Below, piece after piece: positions 20,816 to 32,481 of a stretch of 64,000 nucleotides of DNA. The stretch is taken from the IMG/VR virus record IMGVR_UViG_3300029286_001003; one strand, written 5' to 3'. Every line of letters begins with the position of its first letter. Positions within the stretch are counted from its first letter, which is position 1. Below the pieces are notes generated by a model that saw only the letters and a program-made list of their open reading frames with translations, made no database searches and was not told where the DNA came from. This stretch comes from an uncultured virus (IMG/VR IMGVR_UViG_3300029286_001003). Taxonomy: Duplodnaviria > Heunggongvirae > Uroviricota > Caudoviricetes. Position numbers and translations under genes: made by a program.

Positions 20816-21385
20816 TTATCTACAAAAAGATGCAAAATCACAGTATTCTTTATATAATTTTCTATCCGTTGATGCTTTATTTTTAGCTTCTTCCATATTT
20901 TGACACAAACTTGAAATTTTAATAAATCCATTAAGACGAACATAATATTTCAATGTTTCTAAATCTTTCGGTAAAAAACCGGGATATTCAACATCAATAT
21001 ATTTCAATTCATCTTCTCTTGCTTCAAATTCCTTTTCTTCTTCATATCTAACCCTAACCATTCTATTAAATTTCATTACATGGGTTGGTTTTACAATTAT
21101 TTCTTTAACATAAAATAATTTTTGTCCGATTTTATATGGTAATGTTGAAATAATTTCTTCCTTCATTTTTTCAAAAAGAAGTCTATCATTAGTATCTTCT
21201 TCTTGTCTGGATTTAATTAATGATGGTCTTTTGTGACATTTTTTCATATGTTGTCGAAACCCCTTTTCTGTTTTCCATTTCGGAACAGGATAACCAGTGA
21301 CACCACAATGATATGGACATTTATAAACACCATTTTTAGGTTTTACAATAATGCCTTCGAAATCAATATTTGGTAAATCATCCAT
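20816..21385 (-). CDS. Hypothetical protein with N-terminal zinc finger
   Basis: CPYHC...HMKKC. Confidence 0.55.
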   Translation of the reverse strand: MDDLPNIDFEGIIVKPKNGVYKCPYHCGVTGYPVPKWKTEKGFRQHMKKCHKRPSLIKSRQEEDTNDRLLFEKMKEEIISTLPYKIGQKLFYVKEIIVKPTHVMKFNRMVRVRYEEEKEFEAREDELKYIDVEYPGFLPKDLETLKYYVRLNGFIKISSLCQNMEEAKNKASTDRKLYKEYCDFASFCR

Positions 21386-21935
21386 TTTTATTTAAACTTA
21401 TTTTAAGAAACCAATAGAAATCATTCTGTTCTTTATCACCAGTACTATTATCACAATAATAAAAATATTTATATAAATTTATATCTGTTATTTTATTCAA
21501 TAGTTTTAACAAATCCTTTTCCCCTTTTTCCCATTCATTTCTTTTATAAGATCTTTTCCAAATATTATATGCATCATCGTGATATTTTATCACATTAAGT
21601 ATATCAACATCTGTAATATATTTTTCTGCAAATTTAAATGCCAATTTTGAATGATGATTGTCACCAATTCTTGGTAAGTCATAGTTTACTTGAAATTTAC
21701 AAATATCGTGAAAAAAAGCAATTAATCTTAATTTCGTTCTTTGTTGTGATGTAACATATTCACATTCATCAATATTTTTAAAAACATCTCGAATATGAAA
21801 TATTATTTTTCCTTCCGGATGTCCCGGTCTTTCTTTTCCGTACAACAAACCATCAATAAAAATTGGATCAGACAAGATTAATTTTTCTAATTCTGTCTCT
21901 GGTTTTAATAACTCAAATATTTCTTCTATTGTCAT
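21378..21935 (-). CDS. HD-domain phosphohydrolase
   Basis: HPEG...H...FHDICK...H...YHD...CD. Confidence 0.8.
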   Translation of the reverse strand: MTIEEIFELLKPETELEKLILSDPIFIDGLLYGKERPGHPEGKIIFHIRDVFKNIDECEYVTSQQRTKLRLIAFFHDICKFQVNYDLPRIGDNHHSKLAFKFAEKYITDVDILNVIKYHDDAYNIWKRSYKRNEWEKGEKDLLKLLNKITDINLYKYFYYCDNSTGDKEQNDFYWFLKISLNKNG

Positions 21936-21981
21936 ATTATCAAATATAATAAAAAAATTTTTATATACATAAAAATTAAAG

Positions 21982-22389
21982 TTACGTTTTACATCTAGAT
22001 GAAATATTTCTTTGGGTAATTGGATTTTCCCACATGTTTGTGTTCATTGCAGGACAACAAATTCTCACTTTATCCGGCAAAGCTAAAATTGTGGATAGAA
22101 GAAAATTATCACCGATTCCATTTACTATTTTTGCTATGGTGTTTGCTGTTGCAGGAATAAGAATAAAAACATCACACCATTTTGATTCTTTGATGTGTGT
22201 TGTTTGATCTGGTGTTTCTGTTTTAAGATTTTCCTTACTTATTACATTAACAGCGTTTGGTGTTACGAAATTCTTAGCATTATCTGTCATAATAACATGA
22301 ACTTCATGTCCTTTCTTCTGAAGAATAGAAATAACATCTAATGTTTTATAGGCTGCTATTCCACCTGTAATTCCGATTAATATTTTCAT
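21982..22389 (-). pseudogene. Flavoprotein (CoaC/HFCD-like), C-terminally truncated
   Basis: GITGGIAAYK, PATANTIAK, PAMNTNMW; ends just after QRNI, before the usual LACG catalytic loop. Confidence 0.8.
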
Positions 22390-23213
22390 TCCCATCCTTG
22401 TTTTAAATCTTCCATTATCAATCTGATTACATCATTAACATCATCTATTTCACTTTCTTTATCATCATAATAATACTCCATTTTTCCAGTCGGGTATGTT
22501 AATGCATATTCAAATTTTGTTTTTTGATCACCCCAATTGGTTGTATTTAATCTATAATGGGGGGAATGAATTTCAAACCCCAAATTTAAAACCGTTTTAA
22601 TACTTAAAAAATTTTCATCCATGATTATTTATATTTGAAATTACAAAATAATTCTTTTTCAGTCCATAAATCTTTTTTACCCAATGATTTAATATCACAC
22701 ATTTCTTTAGTACATAAATGTTCCCATATACAACATCTTCCAATTATTCCAGTAAATTCTGATATATGTAATTCATATGAATCTCTTTTCATTCCAGAAT
22801 TACTATTACCGGGATAAATTTGAGTTTTTGATACACCATCAACAAATTCGTTTAATTTTTGAAATGATGCACATTCATAACAATTTTCAGGTTGTTGAAA
22901 AACTTCTACTATTTCCTTCATATCAAAACAAATTAATTTTTCCTTTATAATCGGGATATTTATTATTGAAGAAATCAAACATCATTCTACTAGAATGACT
23001 TTCTGAAAAAGTTCCAACAGTTATTCTATCTAACCATTTTACAACATCAGTTATTTCGTTTGTTGGAAATTCTTTACCACGAACAGTTTTAAGATAAATA
23101 AAACCTTGTGAATGATATTTCTTCATAATAGAATTTCGTAATTTTTTTGGAAACCATAAAAAATTCTTTTCATCTATAATATAAATATCTGTCATTTCTG
23201 TTTTATTTTCCAT
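22386..23213 (-). CDS. Three hypothetical genes (22386..22622, 22625..22978, 22923..23213)
   Basis: Coupled ORFs. Confidence 0.5.
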
Positions 23214-23215
23214 TT

Positions 23216-24019
23216 TTACAGTTCATTAAAATTAATACCACATTTAGAAAGAAATACAATTTCATTTATATAAAATTTATCAAAGGAAATGTTTTTCCGA
23301 TAAGATGATTTATTTGGTCCAACAATAAAAGAAACAAAATACAAATAATTGATATCATTCCATTTACTTTCAATTTTAACATTTTCGATATTTGAAACAT
23401 TCCATCTCAAAACATTTTCATAGATGTAACGACTTTCATTTTCCATTCTCAATTTTAACAAATCAATTAATTGATCATCAGTTAAATCAGTAAATTTTGA
23501 TACTTTTACTTTTTCATGGTAATCTTCGTTTGTTTTAAAACTCCAATTTGGATCTGGTTTATAATCGGAATAATAAAAATAGTTATAAATTGGAAACCAA
23601 TCAGTATCCGGATTAAAACCGGCTTTATCTTCGAAATAGGAGTTGAAATATGGCTTTGTATCATAACAACCAAAACTCCCTTTTGCGTCTGAAATTTCCG
23701 GATTTTCATTTGAATATTTAAAATAAATACCATCTTTTTCAAATTGTTCCATATATCTTTTAATTTCATCTGGATAAGATGAAGTAAAAAGAAACATAAT
23801 CATGTCTGGACGATTTCTTGTAAGAAATTGAAGTGTTTCTTTAGCGTAAGGGTAATAATTTATTTTGAATTCTTGTCCCACCTTTTCGGTTTTTCTGTAA
23901 TCTGGTTTAGATATAACACCATGTACATCAAAAGCGTGATATGTTTCATACCATTGTTTTTGTTTTGCGTGTTCAAACATTTCTTCCAACCAAATAAGTA
24001 ATGATGGTTTGTAGTTCAT
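23216..24019 (-). CDS. HAD-like protein
   Basis: AFDVHGVI, FTSS, NENP, KPY, FEDKAG; resembles 20312..20800. Confidence 0.6.
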   Translation of the reverse strand: MNYKPSLLIWLEEMFEHAKQKQWYETYHAFDVHGVISKPDYRKTEKVGQEFKINYYPYAKETLQFLTRNRPDMIMFLFTSSYPDEIKRYMEQFEKDGIYFKYSNENPEISDAKGSFGCYDTKPYFNSYFEDKAGFNPDTDWFPIYNYFYYSDYKPDPNWSFKTNEDYHEKVKVSKFTDLTDDQLIDLLKLRMENESRYIYENVLRWNVSNIENVKIESKWNDINYLYFVSFIVGPNKSSYRKNISFDKFYINEIVFLSKCGINFNEL

Positions 24020-25209
24020 ATTAATTTTTTTCCTATTTTAATCATTGGTATAATAGTTGATCTTTGTCCACCCGGACCATCAACCAAAAATTTTCTAATT
24101 CCTTTTATTTCGACAATACGATAAATTCTTTTACCATTATCTTCAAAAAAATGTTTGTACCAAATATGTTCGTTAATCCAATATAATAATTTTATCATAA
24201 AACTTTTTTTAAGCAAATCTAATCATTCCGTCTGGATAAGTTTTCCAGAATTCTTCAAGTTGTTGTTTATAATCTTTATTTTGAACTTTATTGAAATAAT
24301 ATGAATGAATTTTATCTTTATTTTTTTCAATAAAATCTAATGTTTCTGTTAAAGAAAATAATTTATCTTCTGGATAATTTCCAATTCTAAATAAATCATG
24401 TTGCATATCATTTTTTGTTGTATAAAATCCCTTTCCATTAATATAATCAGTAAGATTATCTTCATGTCGATATCTTCTACAAACAGCTTCTTTACAAAGA
24501 TTTTTTCTTATTATAGATAGTTTTCTTTCGATAATTGGTTTATTTTTCAATCCATATTCAATTGTAAATTCCGGATATACTTCAAGTAAATCTTTATCCA
24601 AAGATTCATTAATCATTTTATCTAATAAAGATATTTCTTCCTCATAATGAACTATAACTTTAGCTTTTACTTCTTCGTAGTTTACATCTACTTTTTTATA
24701 GAACCATGTATGACAACCCATAAAACTTAATTTTTAAATTTATATATTCGATAATTCCTTACGAAGTTCCGATATTTTTTCATACATTTCTCTTTGTTCA
24801 TCAATTGTTGGATGTATGTTGTCTAAACCATATTTCGAATTTGCTTGATATAACAACAATGATATTTGTGTTTGTATTGAAGAACGTTTATCAACGATTT
24901 TATTCACTTTTTTCATTTTGTTTCTATTTGACATAATTTTTATTCTTTCTTCCCATTTTTCAATTTTTCAATTTCTTCTATTGATAAATCTTTCATTCGG
25001 GTATCGTTCCAGTTAGATAGTATGACTATTAATGCCTGACCCATATCAAAATTTCCCCATTCACCAAATCCAAAAATTCGTTTAAATTTTTCATCATACA
25101 CATTCACATAATCACAAGTACGACTAGATTCTATATACAACCAATGTTTTTCTGTTGAACCATAATTTCCTTCAGATTCATATTCTATTTTTTTATAATT
25201 CTGACCCAT
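24016..25209 (-). CDS. Four hypothetical genes (24016..24216, 24209..24721, 24740..24934, 24940..25209)
   Basis: Coupled ORFs. Confidence 0.55.
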
Positions 25210-25666
25210 CTTTTATATCTTTTTCATAAAATGAACTAGGTAATATTTTTATTCCCATACTTAATAAAGTTTTTTCCACCACGATAAGTAATATAGTACT
25301 TACAAATGGTAATGGAATTAATTGTAATGGAAGAACAACACCAACCCCCTTAAGAATATCTATCATTTGTTCCTTAAAAAGTTTCTTTTCTTCATCTGTT
25401 AATTCTTCTTTTTTTACATATTTTTGAAGAATGAAATATGCTTCTTTCGATTCTTTACACTCACCTTTAAACCCGTTAGCATATCTTTTCAATTCTTCCT
25501 TAACATGTGGTAAAGAAAAAATGTGTCTGATTTCTTTTACTAATTTACTACTAACAATATCATCAAATTCATCTTTAATTATGTCTAGGATTTTTTCTTC
25601 CAGTTCCATAATTTCCAACCAACTTGATTGACCTGAAATCAATTTAATCAATTTTTCTTTATTCAT
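25193..25666 (-). CDS. LETM1-like small protein
   Basis: EQM.DILK...hydrophobic Pro-rich segment...ILPSSF. Confidence 0.5.
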   Translation of the reverse strand: MNKEKLIKLISGQSSWLEIMELEEKILDIIKDEFDDIVSSKLVKEIRHIFSLPHVKEELKRYANGFKGECKESKEAYFILQKYVKKEELTDEEKKLFKEQMIDILKGVGVVLPLQLIPLPFVSTILLIVVEKTLLSMGIKILPSSFYEKDIKDGSEL

Positions 25667-25904
25667 CTATTTGTTTAATGTTATATTTACAAGGTTCACA
25701 ATGAGTTGTACACCCACCGAAAAAATCTTCCCAATCTTGAGGTATTGTTCCATTGATAAGAAATTCCCTTTCACAAGGTGGTAATTCAGGACAAATATTT
25801 TGAACATGTTTATCAGTATACAAAAAATCATTGAATTGATCCTTTGTAAGTGGAATATCCATTGTTCTAGCGTATCCGAATGGTGTTTGTCTTGTTATGT
25901 TCAT
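25659..25904 (-). CDS. Conserved phage hypothetical protein
   Basis: VQN.CP.L...EREFLI.G..P..W. Confidence 0.6.
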   Translation of the reverse strand: MNITRQTPFGYARTMDIPLTKDQFNDFLYTDKHVQNICPELPPCEREFLINGTIPQDWEDFFGGCTTHCEPCKYNIKQIDE

Positions 25905-26053
25905 ATCAATTTATCTTTTTTGATCAAATATTCAATATATTCAGACTTACTCAATTTTTTAATTTTTAAAAATTCATCCAATTTTTCATTGAGTTCTTCA
26001 TTAATAGTAACTGATATGGATACTTTCTTATCTTTTAATTTTGGTCTTCCCAT
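25901..26053 (-). CDS. Ribbon-helix-helix DNA-binding protein
   Basis: True start MGRPK at 26053; VSISVTI-helix-SKSEYIEYLI; early promoter at 26076-26106. Confidence 0.7.
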   Translation of the reverse strand: MGRPKLKDKKVSISVTINEELNEKLDEFLKIKKLSKSEYIEYLIKKDKLI

Positions 26054-26164
26054 GATATAATTTTCTTTTAAGTTACAAATATAAGATATTTTATTGAATA
26101 AAAAAATCAAAATTGAAAAATATGACCTTTTTATTTTTATATATACTATTAAAAAACTATTAAT

Positions 26165-26332
26165 ATGAAAAAGATAAAAACAAGAGTTAAAATTTCGATT
26201 ACATTGGATGAAAAAATTAAAACATATCTGGAAGAAAAATTTCAAAATAAATCCAAATATATTGAACACTTAATATATACTGATTTAATCAAGAATGAAG
26301 TTATAGATGAAAAAAAATTTTACATAGTATGA
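26165..26332 (+). CDS. Ribbon-helix-helix DNA-binding protein (55 aa, not in ORF track)
   Basis: MKKIKTRVKISITLDEKIKTYLEEKFQNKSKYIEHLI...; ATGA overlap with the endonuclease. Confidence 0.7.
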   Translation: MKKIKTRVKISITLDEKIKTYLEEKFQNKSKYIEHLIYTDLIKNEVIDEKKFYIV

Positions 26333-27594
26333 GTAAAAAATTAACAACAGATGAATTTATCGAAAAGGCTAAAAAGATTCACGGTGATAAGTATGATTAT
26401 TCTTTAGTAGAATATATTAATTGTAGAATAAAGGTAGAAATTATATGTCCTAAACATGGTGTATTTAAACAAAATCCACACAGTCATTTACAAAATCACG
26501 GTTGTCCATATTGTGGTGAATCTAAAAAATTAACAACGGAAGAATTTATTGAAAAATCTAAAAAAGTACACGGTGATAAATATGATTATTCATTAGTTAA
26601 ATATAAAACCAATCACAATAAAGTAAAAATTATATGTCCGAAACATGGTGAATTTAATCAATCACCAAATAGTCATTTGAGAAAATCTGATTGTCCAAAA
26701 TGCTCTGGTAATATTAAATTATCACCAGAAAAATTTGTTGAAAAAGCTAAAAAGATTCACGGTGATAAGTATGATTATTCATTGGTTAAATATAAAAATA
26801 CTCACAATAAAATAAAAATTATATGTCATATTCACGGAATATTTGAACAAAATTTATATAATCATTATAAAGGGGGTAATTGTCCTAAATGTGTAGGAAA
26901 GATACTTTTTACAAAAGAAATATTTATTGAAAAATCTAAAAATGTTCATGGTGATAAATATAATTATAGTAAGGTATTTTATAAAAATAATAATACAAAA
27001 GTAAAAATAATATGTCAAATTCATGGTGAATTTGAACAAACACCTGTTAGTCATTATGGTGGTTCTGGTTGTCCAAAATGTAGTGGGAAAAATAAAACCA
27101 CAAAAGATATAATTGATGAATTTAAAAAAGTACACGGATGTGAATATGATTATTCACTTACTGAATATATAAATAGTAAAACTAAAATAAAAATAATATG
27201 TCCGAAACATGGTATATTTCTTCAATTATCAGATAATCATAAACATGGAAATGGTTGTCCTATTTGTTTGAAAAGTAGGGGTGAAATGAAAATATCAAGA
27301 ATTCTTGAAAGACACAAAATAGAATTTATTAGAGAATATAAATTTAATGATTGTAAATATAAACAAAAATTACCTTTTGATTTTTATTTACCGGAATATA
27401 ATACATGTATTGAATTTGATGGTGAACAACATTTTAAATCCATGAAATTTTTTGGTGGTGAAAAATCTTTTGAAAAAAATAAAATTAGAGATCAGATTAA
27501 AAATGAATATTGTAAAAACAATAATATCAAATTAATTAGAATAAAATTCGATGATGATATAAATGATAAATTGATTGATTTATTTAAAACTTAA
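26329..27594 (+). CDS. Free-standing homing endonuclease (five zinc-binding repeats + PD-(D/E)XK domain)
   Basis: Five HGxxYDYS...IC..HG.F.Q....H....CP.C repeats; LPFDFYLP...IEFDGEQH. Confidence 0.85.
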   Translation: MSKKLTTDEFIEKAKKIHGDKYDYSLVEYINCRIKVEIICPKHGVFKQNPHSHLQNHGCPYCGESKKLTTEEFIEKSKKVHGDKYDYSLVKYKTNHNKVKIICPKHGEFNQSPNSHLRKSDCPKCSGNIKLSPEKFVEKAKKIHGDKYDYSLVKYKNTHNKIKIICHIHGIFEQNLYNHYKGGNCPKCVGKILFTKEIFIEKSKNVHGDKYNYSKVFYKNNNTKVKIICQIHGEFEQTPVSHYGGSGCPKCSGKNKTTKDIIDEFKKVHGCEYDYSLTEYINSKTKIKIICPKHGIFLQLSDNHKHGNGCPICLKSRGEMKISRILERHKIEFIREYKFNDCKYKQKLPFDFYLPEYNTCIEFDGEQHFKSMKFFGGEKSFEKNKIRDQIKNEYCKNNNIKLIRIKFDDDINDKLIDLFKT

Positions 27595-28752
27595 AACCTT
27601 TTTGGCTAGTTCAATCATTTCTTTATTTCCGGTATATTTACCTTCATCATCCGATAATTTTATTGCTGGAATCCATTTATCATCAACCAAAACATCAGAT
27701 ATTTTGATAACCATATTTAACGGTTTAACCCCCGGTACATCATTTGACAACCACGTTCCAATACCGTAAGATGTCCTAATCTTCCCCCTGAATTCATTTT
27801 CGATATCTAATATTTTTTTAATAGAATTAATATTATCGGAGAAAACAAGTGTTTTTGATTTGATGATAAAATCGTCCAGATTTAACTTCTTATAATGGTT
27901 TAATATCTTATAACCAATATCAATTGGAGATCCACTATCCAATCTACATCCATCAAAAAGTTTTGCGTAATAAGTATTAAAGTCTTTTAGAAATACATCA
28001 GTTCCCATTAAGTCTGGGAGACAAATTCCTAAATCTCCGTGATATATACCAATCCATGAATTTAATGTTTTTTTGGTAGAATCACTAAATCCATATAATA
28101 CATTGTGTACCATCCCCATTTCGTGCGCCATCGTGCCAATCGGTTTAATACCATATTTCTTCGCGAAATACACATTACTTGTTCCCACCATGTTACTACC
28201 AGCAGATTTCAAAAGATCATTTATAACATAATCTTGATTATCAAATGAAAATCTTCTTCTGGTTCCAAAATCAACGAACTTAATATCATTTTGATGGAGT
28301 TCCCACCCCTTGACCATATTTATTTTAGTGAGAACATTTCTTTTCGGTAAAGTAATACCCATCATTTCATAATACAATTCTGAAATCATAGATAAAATAC
28401 GACATTCCCACAATATAGTGGTTCTCCAAAATCCTTCAATCTCCAATTCATCGATATTTTGACTAATCTTCACTTCGGATGGATCAAATCGATAATTTGA
28501 AATATACCAAATAAAAAATGGATTAAAATATCTAATATTACTCAAATACTCAATTTCATCTGGTGTGGGAATTGCTTCTCTTGAAAGTTTTACAATTCTT
28601 TCTTTCAATTTATCAGCCATTCCATCAGGCCAAACCGTTTTCCCCCGGTTAACAAATTTATACTTAACCCTTACATTTGGGAAAAGTTGGATAACCAAAT
28701 TAAGCATTGAAAATTTGTACAAATCGTCATCTAAAAAGCTATATTTTTCCAT
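27580..28752 (-). CDS. pncB: Nicotinate phosphoribosyltransferase
   Basis: DLYKFSM, DFGTRRR, GTSN, GTMAHE, RLDSG, VFSD, GIGT, IKLSD..GK. Confidence 0.93.
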   Translation of the reverse strand: MEKYSFLDDDLYKFSMLNLVIQLFPNVRVKYKFVNRGKTVWPDGMADKLKERIVKLSREAIPTPDEIEYLSNIRYFNPFFIWYISNYRFDPSEVKISQNIDELEIEGFWRTTILWECRILSMISELYYEMMGITLPKRNVLTKINMVKGWELHQNDIKFVDFGTRRRFSFDNQDYVINDLLKSAGSNMVGTSNVYFAKKYGIKPIGTMAHEMGMVHNVLYGFSDSTKKTLNSWIGIYHGDLGICLPDLMGTDVFLKDFNTYYAKLFDGCRLDSGSPIDIGYKILNHYKKLNLDDFIIKSKTLVFSDNINSIKKILDIENEFRGKIRTSYGIGTWLSNDVPGVKPLNMVIKISDVLVDDKWIPAIKLSDDEGKYTGNKEMIELAKKVLSFK

Positions 28753-28755
28753 AAT

Positions 28756-29559
28756 TTATAATTTATTAACATTTTCAAAATATTCTTTATCTAATGGTAT
28801 ATGATTAACATTTTTTTGTTTGAATGAAAATATTGAATGACTAACTACAATTACTTGCCATAATTTAGTTAAATTATTAATATAATCCCAATATAATTTC
28901 TGATTATCCAAATCCAAATGGTTATCCAATTCATCAATCAATAGAGTTGGTTTTCCGTCTTTTGGAAAAATTTTAATCCATGATTGAAATATATTATTAG
29001 CCTTTAACCACATATCATTAACATTCTTTAAATCTTGATCATATTCGGTATGAAGATTGTATAACTTATTTAAAAGATGAATACAATTTTCACCCTTTGA
29101 TATTTTATTATTATTGTAAAGGGAATCAATAGCTTCAATTCCAGAAAATAATTCTTTACCTTGTGGAAAAGGACTATCAATTCTTGTCCAAATATCATGC
29201 GGATTGAAAAATTCTGGAGTTAAATAATGAACCATCGAACCATCCCAATCTAATTTTGATTTTGGAAATTCTAATTTTTTTAGATTATCTGAAATCACAT
29301 CTGGTATTGTTTTCCAATTATCATCAAACCATCCATGTAATGTAAATGGTTCAAACATTCTTGGATATGAACTATCTTCACCTATTGCACAATGAGTTTT
29401 GATAATTTTCAATAAAACACTTTTTCCAGAACCGTTTCTTCCGGTAATAACATTAACACCATCAGTAAAAGTAAAAATAACATCCTTTTTACTGTGATGA
29501 TAGAGTTTATCGGTAAATAGTAATTTTTGTCCTTTATTTAAAGTTAATAATTTTATCAT
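28756..29559 (-). CDS. ABC-type/AAA ATPase
   Basis: Walker A GRNGSGKS, SKGE signature, LLIDE, VVSH. Confidence 0.8.
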   Translation of the reverse strand: MIKLLTLNKGQKLLFTDKLYHHSKKDVIFTFTDGVNVITGRNGSGKSVLLKIIKTHCAIGEDSSYPRMFEPFTLHGWFDDNWKTIPDVISDNLKKLEFPKSKLDWDGSMVHYLTPEFFNPHDIWTRIDSPFPQGKELFSGIEAIDSLYNNNKISKGENCIHLLNKLYNLHTEYDQDLKNVNDMWLKANNIFQSWIKIFPKDGKPTLLIDELDNHLDLDNQKLYWDYINNLTKLWQVIVVSHSIFSFKQKNVNHIPLDKEYFENVNKL

Positions 29560-32403
29560 TCTTTTACCCTTATTTTATTCATATTTTTGATTTCATCCGA
29601 AATAGATAAATTGATATCATTTCTTTTTTCAATATTAATTAATTTCTTCAACAATTTTTCTGATATAAATCCTTCACCTTTAAGACTTTGAATACCTTTT
29701 AAAAATTGACCATCGTATGAATTAACTTTATCAATATTAGTTTTACAAGAACCGATTATTGTATAAAAATCGTTATAATTTATTTTGAAATAAACATAAA
29801 TTTTACAAAGTGATTTATCCCTTAACGATTTGTTATAACAATTAGCTATTTCAACTTTTGAAACCTGTTCATTTTCAATCCATTTAAACAGATTTTCTTT
29901 TTTGATTATGAATGATTTTCTATACATAATAGATTAGATTAAATTATTCTACCCAAACAATTTCTTTTGTGAAACTATCACAATTCAATGCTTTGGTTAA
30001 TTCGTCTTTAAATTCCTGTTCTGTTACATCCCTATATTTTTGACATTCATTATCAAAATCCATTACCATTTTAAAGTAATTAAGGATGGACTTATTTATT
30101 TTTACAACTTGAATATTCTTTTCCATTTTCCATTCTTGACGATCATCATAAAACCCTTTGATGATACTATCATATCCCAAAAGAATAAGTTTACCATTTT
30201 CTAATTTCGCGTATACTGGTGCTAATGTATCACCACTATATCTTTTCCCCTTATCAAACATATATTCCACAAATATTCTTTTCACTTTGGATTCACCTTC
30301 TTCCCACCCCGACCAATAATGACCGGCATATTTCATAAGAAGTCCTATGTAAACTTCTTTATGTGGTGATGGATAATCTACTTCTTTTGTTTTCATATTA
30401 ATAATTATTTATTACCGTATTTATTTACCGTACCACAACCAAACTGGTTTAAAAGCACCAATCGAATAATGATCAATTGCGTATTCTGCATATTTAATAC
30501 ATCCCCAATCTTCGGTATACAATCTCCATCCCTTATCATTATCACCATCGTGATCAACATTACTTTCCCAATGTTCAAATTCAACAATTTTCGCTTCCTC
30601 TGAATCGAGCCATTTCCAAAGTAAATCAACAAGTTCATCTTCATTGATTGCACAAGGTTTTCCCATTCTATCAGTAAATGGTGTAACTTTTTCTTTTTCG
30701 TTTTCGTCTAAATACCAAGTTAATACTAATCCCTTCTGTTTACTGAAATACCACCCCTTTACTATTATGTTTTTACCATATTCATCTAACAACAAACATT
30801 TAACAGCTAATGTTAACTGATCTTTGGTTTTACCGTTTATATTAAAAAGTCGATTATCCATTTTACTTGATTTTGATTCGTTCGATTATTGTTGTATTGT
30901 TTGAATTGGTTATTTTGATGAATTCTTTATTCCAATTAATAGGTTTATATTTCATATTTTTATCGTAATAAATATTTCCCGTCATTGGTTCACTTTTTAT
31001 TACGGAATCTAATTCTTCTTGTGTTTTTAATATCTTTTCCACTTTACTTGATTTTAATTTTCATTTGTTTAAATTTCTTATTTTTGTGACCATTTTTGAA
31101 CCGGATGAAAAACTTGAAATACAAAAAATCACCATCAAAATTCCAAGACATAAGATAATTACGAACTGGATTTTCCAATGATTTAAATTTTCCATTAAAA
31201 ATGTGCATTTCTTTCGGTTGAATTGTGTATCCACTTTTGTTTGAAAATGGTCCCAGTTTATATGAGTTAATCAATCTTTTTGATACTTCCAAAATATCAG
31301 GTCTTTCAAACAATTGATCGAAATGAACCAAATTGTCACCAACTTTTGTTTTCTTCAAAGACAAAGGAAATTCATGTTCACTTTTATAATTATATTTTTC
31401 TGAACCGATGATACGTTTTTCAACGAAAGATTTCATTGATTTCTCAAAACTATTAAAGGAAATTCTTAGATTTTTCATAATTTGTTATTTAGAACAATAA
31501 TTTTTTAATCCCATTATATTTTCATACTCAATATCTGAAAATTCATACTCAATATCATATGAACCTGATAATTTTGCTGATACAACTTCAAAAAATATAT
31601 CAAATACTTCATCTGTGAGTTCAACACCATAATGTTTTATACCACCAAAAGCACCAGTTAATAAACTATTATCTATATTTAATAGATATTCTAATTTATG
31701 TAACGGAATTTCTAAACGACTTTCGTAATATTTTCTTATTTGTTGTGGTTTCATTTTTTTACCATATAATTTTGGGTGATCCTTCCATCATCCAACTTTT
31801 CATTAACTATTCTATTGAATTCTTTAATTATTTTAACTCTAAATATTTTATAATTTTCTGGAAAATTTTTATTTGGGTCTGGATTGATATTTAAACTTTT
31901 AATAAGGTTTTCAACTTCTTTACCGTGTAATTTCGGATAGACATTCCAACCACGAATAGATGGTGAACCTTCCGACCTATACATTTTATTTCTACTGTAA
32001 TCAACCAATTTTAAACAAACATAACTACAAAAATCAGAAAAGAAAAATTTATCTTCCATATTTATTTTTTGAAAGTGACTTTTTTTATTTTTTTATCATC
32101 AAGTGTTAATGTTATTGAATAGAGATTCAATTTAAAAGCTAACCTTCTATATTTAGAAAAAATAAGATTAGCGTTTTCAAAACCTTCCAATGGTATCCAA
32201 TCAACTTTTTTTGGTTTGTTATCACCGGGATATGTGTTATATATAACACACAATTCAAAGTTTATCCCTTTCATAAGACGTTCATTTTGATCCTGAACTC
32301 TTTTTTTATTTAATTCTAAAATTGTTTCATTTTTAAGATTCATCATTTTCTTTAATGTATCGATATATCCCAATTCTATTAAAGTATTTTCGATGATTCC
32401 CAT
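29556..32403 (-). CDS. Run of about eight hypothetical genes (29556..29927, 29944..30396, 30421..30861, 31044..31478, 31485..31754, 31751..32059, 32062..32403 and a short ORF)
   Basis: Co-oriented ORFs behind the early promoter at 32421-32452. Confidence 0.55.
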
Positions 32404-32481
32404 AGTTTTATTTTGAACTACAAAATTACAAATTATATTTGAAATAAAAAAATTAATATATAGAAAGAAAAACTTTTTATT

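Noticed and set aside
25901..26269. 122-aa ORF-track extension of the RHH gene
   Set aside because: The extension is the antisense of the 26165 gene and crosses the promoter; true start is 26053
26329..27270. Periodic nucleotide repeats resembling a CRISPR array
   Set aside because: They are degenerate ~63-codon protein repeats inside the endonuclease ORF, with no repeat-spacer structure
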